64,000 nucleotides of DNA from Clostridia bacterium (lineage in GTDB: Bacteria; Bacillota; DULZ01), in assembly GCA_012840125.1 (NCBI GenBank), contig DULZ01000092.1, positions 38,284 through 102,283 on the forward strand. Direction: 5' to 3'. The notes under the pieces were generated by a model, which was given only the letters and a program-made list of their open reading frames with translations, did no database searches and had not been told where the DNA came from. Below are positions 48,324 to 57,992 of the stretch, piece by piece. How positions within the stretch are numbered: the stretch's first letter is position 1; each line of letters begins with the position of its first letter. The position numbers and the translations under genes were made by a program.

Positions 48324-48728
48324 GTGTTTGGCACAGGACTGTTAAAAGGGTTACGGGTGACGGCAAAACACCTGGTAGGGAAGGCCATCACGGAGCAATA
48401 CCCGGAAAGGAAGCCGAACTTGCCGCCGCGATCCCATGGCAGTTTTTCTTTGGAACCGGACAAGTGCAATGCTTGCGGTGTTTGCAGCAATTCATGTCCC
48501 AACAGCGTAATCACGGTTTTGTCCGACCGGGATGAAAACAAGAAGAGGTTCTTGACGGGTTATTACATGGACCTGGGATTTTGTTTGTTTTGCGGTTTGT
48601 GCGTAGAGGCGTGCCCCAATGATGCGCTCCATGTGGAAAACGATTTTGAACTAAGTGCCTACCGGCGTGGGGATGTGGTCCTTACCCTCTATGCCAGGGA
48701 GCAACAGAAACAAGTGGCCAATGAATAA
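48324..48728 (+). CDS. nuoI: NADH-quinone oxidoreductase subunit I (2x[4Fe-4S])
   Basis: Two CxxCxxCxxxCP motifs (CNACGVCSNSCP and CLFCGLCVEACP). GTG start. Confidence 0.9.
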   Translation: MFGTGLLKGLRVTAKHLVGKAITEQYPERKPNLPPRSHGSFSLEPDKCNACGVCSNSCPNSVITVLSDRDENKKRFLTGYYMDLGFCLFCGLCVEACPNDALHVENDFELSAYRRGDVVLTLYAREQQKQVANE

Positions 48729-48764
48729 TGACTTTTACGGTTTGAGAAACGGGGTGATTATGAC

Positions 48765-49259
48765 ATGGTGTCACCATTAGTGTTTTGGATCATAGCCGGA
48801 GTGACCATCCTGGCCGCCTTAGCCGTAGTCAGCCTGACCAACCTGGTCCACAGTGCCCTCTGGCTCGTGGTGGTTTTCGTTGGGGTGGCTGCTACTTACT
48901 TGATTTTGGAAGCGGAGTTTTTAGCGGCGGTGCAGGTGATTGTCTATGCCGGTGCCATTGCGATCCTCATCGTTTTCGGTGTGATGCTGACCAGAAGAGG
49001 AGATATCCGGGAGAGCAACCTGTTCAATAATTACCGGATTGGTGGGGGTATAGTGTCTTTGGCCCTCATGGCTGGGATTATCAGTATGATTGCCAAGGCG
49101 GATTGGGCCGTTGCCTCCGTCACTGCTCCCATCAAAGAGGTGGGCTTCCTGGCACAGAGTTTACTGGGACAGTACGTACTTCCTTTTGAAATTGCCGGTG
49201 TGCTGCTGCTGGTAGCTTTAGTGGGAGCAATCATCATAGCGAAAGAGGTGAGGGAATAA
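48765..49259 (+). CDS. nuoJ: NADH-quinone oxidoreductase subunit J
   Basis: A 164-aa hydrophobic protein (VIVYAGAIAILIVF). Confidence 0.8.
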   Translation: MVSPLVFWIIAGVTILAALAVVSLTNLVHSALWLVVVFVGVAATYLILEAEFLAAVQVIVYAGAIAILIVFGVMLTRRGDIRESNLFNNYRIGGGIVSLALMAGIISMIAKADWAVASVTAPIKEVGFLAQSLLGQYVLPFEIAGVLLLVALVGAIIIAKEVRE

Positions 49260-49568
49260 GTGGTAACTCTTAATCATTACCTCATCTTTGCGGCAATCCT
49301 CTTTTGCATAGGGTTATACGGTGCGGTGGCGAAAAAGAATGCCATCGCGGTTCTCATGAGCATCGAATTGATGCTGAACTCGGTCAACATTAACTTGATC
49401 GCTTTCAACAGGTTTCTCAATCCTAGTGAAGTAACCGGGCAGATATTTGCCATCATGGTCATTGTGGTTGCCGCTGCTGAAGTAGCTGTCGGTTTGGCAT
49501 TAATCCTTAACATCTACCGTCAACGTCTAACCACTGATATCAATGATCTGGATTGGCTCAAATGGTAG
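49260..49568 (+). CDS. nuoK: NADH-quinone oxidoreductase subunit K
   Basis: A 102-aa, 3-TM protein with conserved Glu residues ([19 protein letters not shown]). Confidence 0.85.
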   Translation: MVTLNHYLIFAAILFCIGLYGAVAKKNAIAVLMSIELMLNSVNINLIAFNRFLNPSEVTGQIFAIMVIVVAAAEVAVGLALILNIYRQRLTTDINDLDWLKW

Positions 49569-49600
49569 ATTGGAATTAAAAGGTAGGTGACAAGAAATCC

Positions 49601-51493
49601 ATGGTTAAACTAGCTTGGTTAATTCCCGTATTACCGGCTATTGCTTTCCTTATTATTGTCTTCCTGACCAGGCGCTTGCAGTTGGTGAGTGCTCTAACGG
49701 CTATCCTGGCCATGTTGGGCTCCTTCATCATTTCTTTAGGGATTGGGATTGAAGTCTTAACCAACCCGATTACCATGCACAGCCCCGTTGAATTAAAGGC
49801 CAGATGGTTAGAAGTGCCCGGTTCACTGTTCATAGAGGCGGGCGTCCTCATTGATCCCCTGTCGGCTGTTATGCTGTTCGTGGTCACTTTTATCGCTTTG
49901 CTGGTGATGATCTATTCCATTGGTTACATGAAAGGGGATCCCGGTTTTTCCGTTTTCTTTGCTTACCTTTCCTTGTTCAGTTGTTCCATGTTGGGCCTGG
50001 TGGTTTCCAATAACTATTTCCAGATTTTCATGTTTTGGGAACTGGTGGGTCTCTGCTCCTACTTGCTGATCGGTTTCTATTTTCACAAGGATTCCGCTAC
50101 CCAAGCTAACAAGAAAGCTTTCATCACCAACCGGTGGGGAGACTTCGGCTTCATGCTGGGTATGTTTTTCCTCTTCCTGATCTTTGGAACTTTCAATTTC
50201 ATGGAATTAGCCGAACTCATCCCTTCCTATACCAATGAGGCCCTTTTGACGGTGGTGGCCCTGCTGGTGTTTGTGGGACCCATTGCCAAGTCGGCCCAGT
50301 TTCCCCTGCACGTGTGGTTGCCTGACGCCATGGAAGGTCCCACGCCGGTCAGTGCTTTGATCCACGCCGCCACCATGGTGGCTGCCGGTGTGTATCTATT
50401 GGCGAGGGGATTTGTGCTGTTTGAAAGTGCGAGAACGGCCCTGCTGATAGTGGCTATTATCGGTGGATTTTCCGCCATTTTCGCCGCCAGCATCGGTTTG
50501 GTGCAGCGGGACATCAAGAGAATCCTGGCTTTTTCCACCATGAGCCAGTTGGGTTACATGGTGATGGCCATCGGTTTGGGCAGTATCACGGCGGGTATGT
50601 TCCACCTGACCACCCACGCCTTTTTCAAAGCCTTGCTGTTCTTGGGAGCCGGTAGCGTGATTCATGCGGTGCATACCCAGGACATCTTTGAAATGGGCGG
50701 TTTGAGTAAGAAGATGAAGGTTACTACCTGGACTTTCATCATCGGCGCTCTGGCCCTGGCAGGAATTTTCCCGCTGGCCGGTTTCTGGAGTAAGGATGAA
50801 ATCCTGCTTACTGCTTCCCATGCCGGGGAGTATTACGGGATACCGATCCTTGGTCCTTTGTTCCTGATCTTGGGTCTCACGGTAGCGTTTATGACTGCTT
50901 TTTACATGTTCCGCTTGATTTTTGTGGCGTTTTTCGGTGAGAAACGAACGGATCATCATGCCCATGAGAGCCCACTGGTCATGACGATACCTTTGTTAAT
51001 CTTAGCCGTGTTCGCCGTCTTTTCCGGGTTTATCGGCACTCCTTTCACGGAACACGGTTTTGCCGAGTGGGTTTATTACGGTGAGCCCCATCACCCGCAG
51101 CCCAACTATACGATTATGATCTTGTCCACCGTGATTGCTTTGGCTGGTATCTACTTAGCCTGGTTAATCTACGGCAAACAGTCCATCTCGGCGGAAGCGC
51201 TGGCCCAGCGGTTTAGACCGATCCATACCTTGCTCTACAATAAGTTCTATATTGATGAATTGTACCTGTGGTTGTTCGATCATGTGATGCTCAAGCTGGC
51301 CGATGCTTGCCGGTGGTGCGACCGCAAGATCGTGGACGGTATTGCCGATGGACTGGCTGATTCCATCAGAGCTTTCGGTGCCAGGATGAGGTTTATCCAA
51401 ACAGGTAATGTGCAAAACTATGCCCTTGTCATCTTCGCTGCTGTCGTGATCATCGCACTGTGGCTGGCAGTACCTGTGTTAGGAGGGATATAA
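49601..51493 (+). CDS. nuoL: NADH-quinone oxidoreductase subunit L
   Basis: A 630-aa antiporter-like subunit (WLPDAMEGPTPVSALIHAATMV). Confidence 0.9.
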   Translation: MVKLAWLIPVLPAIAFLIIVFLTRRLQLVSALTAILAMLGSFIISLGIGIEVLTNPITMHSPVELKARWLEVPGSLFIEAGVLIDPLSAVMLFVVTFIALLVMIYSIGYMKGDPGFSVFFAYLSLFSCSMLGLVVSNNYFQIFMFWELVGLCSYLLIGFYFHKDSATQANKKAFITNRWGDFGFMLGMFFLFLIFGTFNFMELAELIPSYTNEALLTVVALLVFVGPIAKSAQFPLHVWLPDAMEGPTPVSALIHAATMVAAGVYLLARGFVLFESARTALLIVAIIGGFSAIFAASIGLVQRDIKRILAFSTMSQLGYMVMAIGLGSITAGMFHLTTHAFFKALLFLGAGSVIHAVHTQDIFEMGGLSKKMKVTTWTFIIGALALAGIFPLAGFWSKDEILLTASHAGEYYGIPILGPLFLILGLTVAFMTAFYMFRLIFVAFFGEKRTDHHAHESPLVMTIPLLILAVFAVFSGFIGTPFTEHGFAEWVYYGEPHHPQPNYTIMILSTVIALAGIYLAWLIYGKQSISAEALAQRFRPIHTLLYNKFYIDELYLWLFDHVMLKLADACRWCDRKIVDGIADGLADSIRAFGARMRFIQTGNVQNYALVIFAAVVIIALWLAVPVLGGI

Positions 51494-51496
51494 TTA

Positions 51497-53026
51497 ATGA
51501 GTGATTTTCCAATCCTTCTCACCATTGTTCTGGCCCCTGTCATAGGAGCATTAGTGATCCTGTGCATTCCCGGTAAGGATGAGCGGGTCATTAAGATTAC
51601 AGCCGCGGTGGCCACCTTTGTTTCCCTGGTGCTGTCTATCTACGCGTACGTCATGTATGATAAGACAGCGGGGGGATTCCAGTTTACACAGGATTTGGTC
51701 TGGATTGAGCGTTTCGGCGTGACCCTTTCCGTAGGTGTTGACGGGATGAGTCTCCCCCTCGTGCTGCTGACTGCGATTGTCATTTTCACCGGTGTTTTTG
51801 CCTCCTGGGATATGCATGAGCGGGTGAAGGAATTCTTTATCTTCCTCCTGATACTGGTGGCGGGCGTCTTCGGTGTCTTCGTATCCAGGGATTTGTTCTG
51901 GTTCTACCTGTTCTTCGAAGTGGCGGTGCTGCCCATGTATATCCTCATCGGTGTCTGGGGCAGTACCCGGAAAGAATACGCGGCGATGAAGCTGACCCTG
52001 TACCTGTTGGTAGGTAGTGCCTTTGCCTTGATCGGTATTATCGCCCTTTACCTCTATGCCAAGGGGCAGCTGGGATATGGTACCTTTGACATCATGACCC
52101 TGGGTACCGTAGAATTCGACGAAGCCTTCCAAAAGTTCGCTTTCTTCTTGATGATGATTGGTTTTGGGTTCCTGGTACCTATGTGGCCGCTGCATACCTG
52201 GTCTCCGGACGGTCACGTGGCCGCTCCCACGGCCGTGAGTATGCTGCACGCCGGTGTTTTGATGAAGCTGGGCGGATACGGCTTAATCCGTGCCGGTGTG
52301 TTCCTGTTCCCCTTGGGAGCTAAATACTGGGCGCCTCTTATCGCTGTTCTTTGTATTGTGAACGTGTGTTATGGTGCGCTGGTAGCCATGGTACAAAAGG
52401 ACCTGAAATTCGTCATCGGTTACTCCAGTGTCAGTCACATGGGGTATGTGTTGTTAGGGATCGCTTCCCTGAATTTCATGAGCATCGACGGTGCCGTAGC
52501 CCAAATGTTTGCTCATGGTATTATGACCGCCCTCTTCTTTGCCCTGGTGGGTAATATCTACCACAAGGCCCATACAAGAGAAATCGCCGCTTTTGGCGGT
52601 CTGGCCCACCAGATGCCCAGAGTTGCCGCGGGCTTCTTAATCGGGGGTTTGGCTTCCCTGGGCTTGCCGGGATTGAATAACTTTGTGGCTGAGGCTCTGA
52701 TCTTTTTGGGTTCTTGGGAAGTGGAAAAGGTTCTTTTCGGCTGGCTGCCCTTCCGCGTACTCTCCATACTGGCTATTTTCGGTGTGGTCATTACGGCTAT
52801 TTACGTGTTACGTGTGGTGCAAAGAGTCTTTTTCGGCCCCCGCAACCCGCGTTGGGATCATCTGACCGATGCCAAAGGGGTTGAAATGGTACCGATTGTC
52901 GTTCTCATTGGCACCCTGATCTTGTTTGGTATCTTCCCATCCCTCTTGATCGATACCATCAATGTCGGTGTTGGACCCTTGGTGGCCAAAATTTCCGCTG
53001 CGGCTGAGATAGGGGGTATTTTCTAA
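51497..53026 (+). CDS. nuoM: NADH-quinone oxidoreductase subunit M
   Basis: A 509-aa antiporter-like subunit (HTWSPDGHVAAPTAVSMLHAG). Confidence 0.9.
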   Translation: MSDFPILLTIVLAPVIGALVILCIPGKDERVIKITAAVATFVSLVLSIYAYVMYDKTAGGFQFTQDLVWIERFGVTLSVGVDGMSLPLVLLTAIVIFTGVFASWDMHERVKEFFIFLLILVAGVFGVFVSRDLFWFYLFFEVAVLPMYILIGVWGSTRKEYAAMKLTLYLLVGSAFALIGIIALYLYAKGQLGYGTFDIMTLGTVEFDEAFQKFAFFLMMIGFGFLVPMWPLHTWSPDGHVAAPTAVSMLHAGVLMKLGGYGLIRAGVFLFPLGAKYWAPLIAVLCIVNVCYGALVAMVQKDLKFVIGYSSVSHMGYVLLGIASLNFMSIDGAVAQMFAHGIMTALFFALVGNIYHKAHTREIAAFGGLAHQMPRVAAGFLIGGLASLGLPGLNNFVAEALIFLGSWEVEKVLFGWLPFRVLSILAIFGVVITAIYVLRVVQRVFFGPRNPRWDHLTDAKGVEMVPIVVLIGTLILFGIFPSLLIDTINVGVGPLVAKISAAAEIGGIF

Positions 53027-54471
53027 TGCAGATCCAGTGGACAGATTTCTCCCTGATGATGCCTGAAATTGCCACTGCAGTACTGGCCCTCGGCCTTTTG
53101 GTGATGGGACTTTTGGTACCGAGAGACCAAGCCAAAGCCATCGGCTTGATTGCCGTAGTGGGTCTAATCGGCATTTGGCTGTTGAACATGCTGTATTGGC
53201 AGGAGGATGCTTCGCTGTTTGGCGGCATTTACTTGGTGGATCCGTATAACGTCTTTTTCCGTTTCCTCTTCCTGACGGCGGCCATTATTGTAGCTTTGGC
53301 TTCTCGGGATTATGTGAATCGGTTGGAACGGAATCAGGGAGAGTATTATGCTTTAATGGTAGCTGCTACCTTGGGTATGATGATGCTGTCAGGCGCCGGC
53401 GACTTAATCACCTTGTACGTCGGTTTAGAATTGATGACCATCAGTTTCATTATCCTGGTGGGCTACCAGAAGAATGATGCCAAGTCCAGTGAAGCAGGCG
53501 TGAAGTACGTCATTTTAGGCGCCATGTCTTCGGCGATCCTCCTTTACGGTTTAAGCTTGGTTTACGGTTTCACCGGTACTACTATCATTCAGGAGATGGT
53601 GGGCCAACTTGGCGGTGCAGGGAATAATCCCTTATTGCTGCTGGGAATTGTGATGTTGATTGCCGGTTTCGGTTTTAAAGTTTCGGCGGTACCCTTCCAC
53701 ATGTGGTCACCGGATATTTACGAAGGAGCCCCTACACCGGTTACGGCTTTTCTGGCTGTTGCTTCAAAAGCTGCCGGTTTGGCGGCCTTCGTCAGGATTT
53801 TCCTGATTGCCTTACCTGATTTGCAGCCTTACTGGATGAGTGTAGTCGTGGTATTAACCGCGTTAACGGTGATCGTCGGTAACGTGATTGCCATCCCGCA
53901 AAGCAATATCAAACGCATGCTGGCCTATTCCAGTATTGCCCAGGCAGGGTACATTCTCTTCGGTTTGGTGGCTGTGTCTTCCTTAGGGGTAGGAGCCCTG
54001 TTGTTCCATTCAATTCTCTATGTATTCGCCAACATTGGTGCGTTCGGGGTGGCCGTAGCGGTTAAGAATGCTACCGGTAGTGATGAAATCAAGGATTACA
54101 GCGGACTGGCGCAAACATCGCCTTTCTTAGCCGCGGTGATGTTGATCTGCCTGCTCTCCTTGGCCGGTATCCCGCCGGTAGCCGGTTTTGTCAGCAAGTT
54201 TTACTTGTTCATGGCTGTCATCGATAAAGGGCTGATCTGGCTTGCCTTTGTCGGTGTTGGCATGAGCATGGTATCCGTTTACTACTATTTGATTGTGGCA
54301 AAAGCCATGTACTTGGGCAAACCGGTAGAAACAGCAGAGCCAATTAAAGTCTCGCCCGGCAACCAGCTGGCCCTGGCGGTATGCCTGGTGGTGGTGATCC
54401 TGTTTGGCATTTACCCGACGCCGTTACTGGACCTGGCGATGAACGTGGCATATAGTTTCTTTCCGTTTTAG
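53026..54471 (+). CDS. nuoN: NADH-quinone oxidoreductase subunit N
   Basis: A 481-aa antiporter-like subunit (MWSPDIYEGAPTPVTAFLAV). Confidence 0.9.
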   Translation: MQIQWTDFSLMMPEIATAVLALGLLVMGLLVPRDQAKAIGLIAVVGLIGIWLLNMLYWQEDASLFGGIYLVDPYNVFFRFLFLTAAIIVALASRDYVNRLERNQGEYYALMVAATLGMMMLSGAGDLITLYVGLELMTISFIILVGYQKNDAKSSEAGVKYVILGAMSSAILLYGLSLVYGFTGTTIIQEMVGQLGGAGNNPLLLLGIVMLIAGFGFKVSAVPFHMWSPDIYEGAPTPVTAFLAVASKAAGLAAFVRIFLIALPDLQPYWMSVVVVLTALTVIVGNVIAIPQSNIKRMLAYSSIAQAGYILFGLVAVSSLGVGALLFHSILYVFANIGAFGVAVAVKNATGSDEIKDYSGLAQTSPFLAAVMLICLLSLAGIPPVAGFVSKFYLFMAVIDKGLIWLAFVGVGMSMVSVYYYLIVAKAMYLGKPVETAEPIKVSPGNQLALAVCLVVVILFGIYPTPLLDLAMNVAYSFFPF

Positions 54472-54512
54472 CAGTTGAACAGCAACTAATTAATTTCCCC
54501 TCTCTAACATAT

Positions 54513-54560
54513 TCGGCCTGTTTATTCCTGGGTAATAGACAGGCCGAGTATGTCTATTTG
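54513..54560 (+). terminator. stem-loop (9-bp stem TCGGCCTGT/ACAGGCCGA) after nuoN; weak U-tract, possible terminator
   Basis: Read directly. Only a short T-run follows the stem, so efficiency is uncertain. Confidence 0.35.
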
Positions 54561-54612
54561 TCAGTCGGGAATTAATTTTAGTTGCTGTTTTTTTGAAAGG
54601 AGGAAACTGAGG

Positions 54613-54969
54613 GTGGACCGGCGTAAAGTGACGGGGCAAGAGGGAGAAGATATTGCCGTGCGGTTTCTTCAGGAGCAGGGGTATAAGATTTTAGAGCGTA
54701 ATTATCGCTGTGCTCAAGGGGAAATTGATATCATCGCATGTGATAATGAAGACTTAGTATTTGTTGAAGTGAAAACCCGTACCAGCCTGGCCTTTGGCTA
54801 CCCGCAAGAGAGTATCACCAGGTCGAAACAATTCCGGTTGAAGAAGATTGCTCTGCGCTATTTAGCGGAAAAGCGGCCTTTTTATCAAAACTACCGTTTC
54901 GATGTAGTGTCAATATTGCTGAAAAATGGTAAAATTGATTCAATAGATGTGATCCGCAACGCCTTCTAA
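54613..54969 (+). CDS. yraN: YraN-family (UPF0102) endonuclease
   Basis: A 118-aa protein (GQEGEDIAVRFL ... GEIDII ... FVEVKTR). AAGGAGG RBS 8 nt before GTG 54613 (the ORF-track ATG 54550 lies upstream of this RBS). Confidence 0.8.
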   Translation: MDRRKVTGQEGEDIAVRFLQEQGYKILERNYRCAQGEIDIIACDNEDLVFVEVKTRTSLAFGYPQESITRSKQFRLKKIALRYLAEKRPFYQNYRFDVVSILLKNGKIDSIDVIRNAF

Positions 54970-54979
54970 TGCAAGAAGA

Positions 54980-56569
54980 TTGACAATTATCTTAACAAGA
55001 TTTACGCAAGGAGATGGTGGGGTGCTGGCCGTTGTCAATTCACTGGCTTTGGCTGGGTTAGAGGCGCAGGCTGTTCAAGTTGAGGTGGACGTATCCCCGG
55101 GACTTCCTTGTTTTGATTTAGTCGGTTTGCCTGATACAGCGGTGCGTGAATCGAAAGAAAGGGTGCGAACGGCTATCAGAAACTCGGGTTTTGAATTTCC
55201 AGCCAAACGTATCACCGTTAACTTGGCGCCCGCTGTCATGAAAAAAGAAGGGCCGGGCTTTGATTTGCCCATTGCCGTTGGGATACTGTTGAGTACGGGT
55301 CAACTGCAGGGGGATTTATGGCAGAGGTGCTTTTTTGCCGGGGAGTTATCCCTCAACGGCGATATCAGGAGCATTCCCGGTGTGCTGTCCATGGCATGGA
55401 GCCTCAAGAACCTGGCTGAAGCAGGAGACCACTTGCTGGTGATACCGGAAGGAAACGGGTTTGAAGCGGGCCTGGTCTCGGGCATTAAAGCCATCCCGGT
55501 ACAAACCCTGCAGGAGCTGGTGGCTTTTCTGCAAGGAGAAAACCAGATAAATCCCATTCGCATAGACCTAGAGCAGGTTATCAGCAGCCGACCCGTGGAG
55601 CAGCACCTGAATTTTAACCAGGTGCGGGGACAGTCTGCAGCGAAAAGAGCCATTGAGATTGCCGCCGCCGGCGGGCATAATGTGCTGTTGATGGGACCGC
55701 CCGGCTCCGGGAAGACCATGCTGGCCCGCAGTCTGATCAGCATTCTTCCCCCGTTGGAGCCGGAGGAAATCTTAGAAGTGAGCCGGATTTACAGTGTAGC
55801 CGGTTTATTGAGCAGAGAGCAGCCTCTGGTTCTGCAAAGACCCTTCCGGACACCCCATCACACGGCTTCCACCGCCAGTATCATTGGGGGCGGCAAGCAT
55901 CCAAGGCCGGGTGAAATCAGCCTGGCTACCTATGGTGTTTTGTTTTTAGATGAAATGATGGAATTCCGTAAAGATGTCCTAGAAGCCCTCCGGCAGCCTT
56001 TAGAAGACAGGCAGGTAACGGTATCCCGGGTCCAAGCCTCATATGTTTACCCGGCGGACTTCATGCTGGTGGCCACGGCTAATCCCTGCCCTTGCGGTTT
56101 TCTGGGGGATCCGGACCACGAATGCTGCTGTACGCCTTATCAGGTACAAAAATACCGGCAAAAGCTGTCGGGGCCTTTGCTGGATCGCATCGACCTGCAA
56201 ATTGAGGTGCCCAGGTTAACTTTGGCGGAACTGCATCAAGAAAACCACGGGGAAGACTCCTCCCGCATCAGGGAAAGAGTGATCCAAGCCCGGCAAAGGC
56301 AGTTGCACCGGTTAAAGAGATTCGGTCTTTATTGTAATGCCCAAATCAAAGGAAGCCTGGTGAGCCGGCTGTGTCCCATCGAGCCAAAAGGACTGAAATT
56401 GCTGCAGGCTGCCTTCGCTAAACTGGGTTTCAGCATGCGCGCCTATGACCGTATTATTAAGATTGCGAGGACTATTGCGGATTTAGACGGGAGTTCCTTG
56501 ATCAGCGATCAGCATGTGGCCGAGGCGCTGCAGTACCGGTTCTTGGACAGGCCCTATGCCGCGGTGTAA
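54980..56569 (+). CDS. comM: YifB/ComM-family Mg-chelatase-like AAA+ ATPase
   Basis: A 529-aa protein with an N-terminal Lon-like domain and AAA+ Walker A (GPPGSGKT), Walker B (LFLDE) and sensor motifs. Conserved yraN-comM pairing. Confidence 0.85.
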   Translation: MTIILTRFTQGDGGVLAVVNSLALAGLEAQAVQVEVDVSPGLPCFDLVGLPDTAVRESKERVRTAIRNSGFEFPAKRITVNLAPAVMKKEGPGFDLPIAVGILLSTGQLQGDLWQRCFFAGELSLNGDIRSIPGVLSMAWSLKNLAEAGDHLLVIPEGNGFEAGLVSGIKAIPVQTLQELVAFLQGENQINPIRIDLEQVISSRPVEQHLNFNQVRGQSAAKRAIEIAAAGGHNVLLMGPPGSGKTMLARSLISILPPLEPEEILEVSRIYSVAGLLSREQPLVLQRPFRTPHHTASTASIIGGGKHPRPGEISLATYGVLFLDEMMEFRKDVLEALRQPLEDRQVTVSRVQASYVYPADFMLVATANPCPCGFLGDPDHECCCTPYQVQKYRQKLSGPLLDRIDLQIEVPRLTLAELHQENHGEDSSRIRERVIQARQRQLHRLKRFGLYCNAQIKGSLVSRLCPIEPKGLKLLQAAFAKLGFSMRAYDRIIKIARTIADLDGSSLISDQHVAEALQYRFLDRPYAAV

Positions 56570-56656
56570 GTGGCCGGCAGGAAAAGAAGCAGAAACGGGC
56601 TGGTAAGAGGGATGTGAACTTGTTATAATATGGATAATGAAGGGAGGAGTGAGAGC

Positions 56657-56776
56657 ATGTTTTACTTGTATGCCTTTATAGGTATGTTTTTGCAGTTGTT
56701 CGTACTGGTCTTGATATTGACTGCCATTGACCATAAAGAAGACCAACAACCACAGCAGGCTTGTTCAGGGCACTAG
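56657..56776 (+). CDS. candidate small membrane peptide (39 aa: hydrophobic helix + polar tail)
   Basis: Not in the ORF track. AGGGAGGAG RBS 6 nt before the ATG. Sequence MFYLYAFIGMFLQLFVLVLILTAIDHKEDQQPQQACSGH. Its stop codon is followed directly by a hairpin + U-tract. Confidence 0.3.
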   Translation: MFYLYAFIGMFLQLFVLVLILTAIDHKEDQQPQQACSGH

Positions 56777-56797
56777 GGGAGTTCTCCCCTTTTTTGT
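56775..56797 (+). terminator. intrinsic terminator after the comM/small-peptide transcription unit
   Basis: AGGGGA-GTTC-TCCCCT followed by TTTTTTG. Confidence 0.55.
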
Positions 56798-56826
56798 TTA
56801 TTAAAAGGGTTGGGAGGGTATTGCCG

Positions 56827-57918
56827 GTGGAAGACAGGTATTATCTCATTGGCCTGCGCCATATTCCGGGAGTGGGAGCGAAAACCGTCAACTTATTATT
56901 AGAACACTTTCGTACCGCCCAAAGCGCCTGGCATGCCACCTACCGGCAGTTAAAGAGCATCAATGAATTGGGAGACAGGTTTGTGGAACGATTTGTCGCA
57001 GCCAGGGATGCCGTAAACTTGGAGGCAGTTTTGGACAACCTGGTTCGCAAGAACATACAAACGGTGACGATCCTGGACCGGGAGTACCCGGCCAGCCTGC
57101 GGCTAATCTATGATCCGCCGCCGGTCCTTTTCTACCAGGGACGGTGGCATGACCGGGACGACCGGGCCTTAGCCGTGGTAGGGGCTCGCCGGGCGACGGT
57201 CTATGGAAAGAAGGTGGCGGAAAAGTTTGGCCGGGAGTTGGCTCAGGCCGGGTTTGTGATCGTGAGCGGGATGGCCCGCGGTATTGACAGTGCGGCCCAT
57301 CAAGGGTGCTTGGCAGCCAACGGCAGGACTATTGCCGTCTTGGGTTCCGGTTTAGATGTTATTTATCCCCGGGAGAATATAAAGCTAGCGGAACAGATTA
57401 AAGAAAAGGGGCTGGTGATGACTGAATATCCCCCGGGCACCCAGCCATTGAAGGGCAATTTTCCCGCCAGGAATCGCATTATTGCCGGGTTGTCCTTGGG
57501 TGTTTTGATTGTTGAGGCTGCCGTCCAGTCCGGTGCGTTAATCACGGCGGATTTCGCCCTGGAGTTCGGGCGGGAAGTATTTGCCGTCCCCGGGCCTATC
57601 ACCAGTCCCAACAGCAGGGGCACGCACAACTTGATCAAGCAAGGAGCAAAGCTGGTGGAAGAAGTGGCGGACATTCTAGAAGAGTTTATGCTCCCGGTAC
57701 AAGATCCACCTCTGCCAGGAGCACAGTCTCCTCTTAGCCTGGCCCCGGAGGAACAGGCAGTGTATCAATTATTGAGTTTAGAGCCGGTGAGTATCGAAAC
57801 CCTGGTCGAGAAAACAGGATGGACGGCCAGAAAGGTGCAGGCGGTGCTTACGATGCTGGAACTAAATGGAGTCATAGAACAGGTACCCGGTAGGCAGTTT
57901 ATAAAAAAGAGCATTTAA
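56827..57918 (+). CDS. dprA: DNA processing protein DprA (Smf)
   Basis: Rossmann-like DprA core (VVGARRATVYG ... IVSGMARGIDSAAH ... GREVFAVPG). GGGAGGG RBS 7 nt before GTG 56827. The ORF-track ATG 56761 would overlap the peptide and terminator. Confidence 0.8.
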   Translation: MEDRYYLIGLRHIPGVGAKTVNLLLEHFRTAQSAWHATYRQLKSINELGDRFVERFVAARDAVNLEAVLDNLVRKNIQTVTILDREYPASLRLIYDPPPVLFYQGRWHDRDDRALAVVGARRATVYGKKVAEKFGRELAQAGFVIVSGMARGIDSAAHQGCLAANGRTIAVLGSGLDVIYPRENIKLAEQIKEKGLVMTEYPPGTQPLKGNFPARNRIIAGLSLGVLIVEAAVQSGALITADFALEFGREVFAVPGPITSPNSRGTHNLIKQGAKLVEEVADILEEFMLPVQDPPLPGAQSPLSLAPEEQAVYQLLSLEPVSIETLVEKTGWTARKVQAVLTMLELNGVIEQVPGRQFIKKSI

Positions 57919-57992
57919 ATGGTGCGTCTAAAGGGTTTGGTCTTGACTATAATAGTAGGGGTAGGTACCATTGTTACTTGAGGTGAATTTCA

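Noticed and set aside
54980-57918. yraN-comM-dprA read as a competence/DNA-uptake island.
   Set aside because: These three genes are broadly conserved housekeeping (DNA processing) genes, frequently adjacent to topA. No com pilus or uptake machinery is present, so this is not a dedicated competence system.
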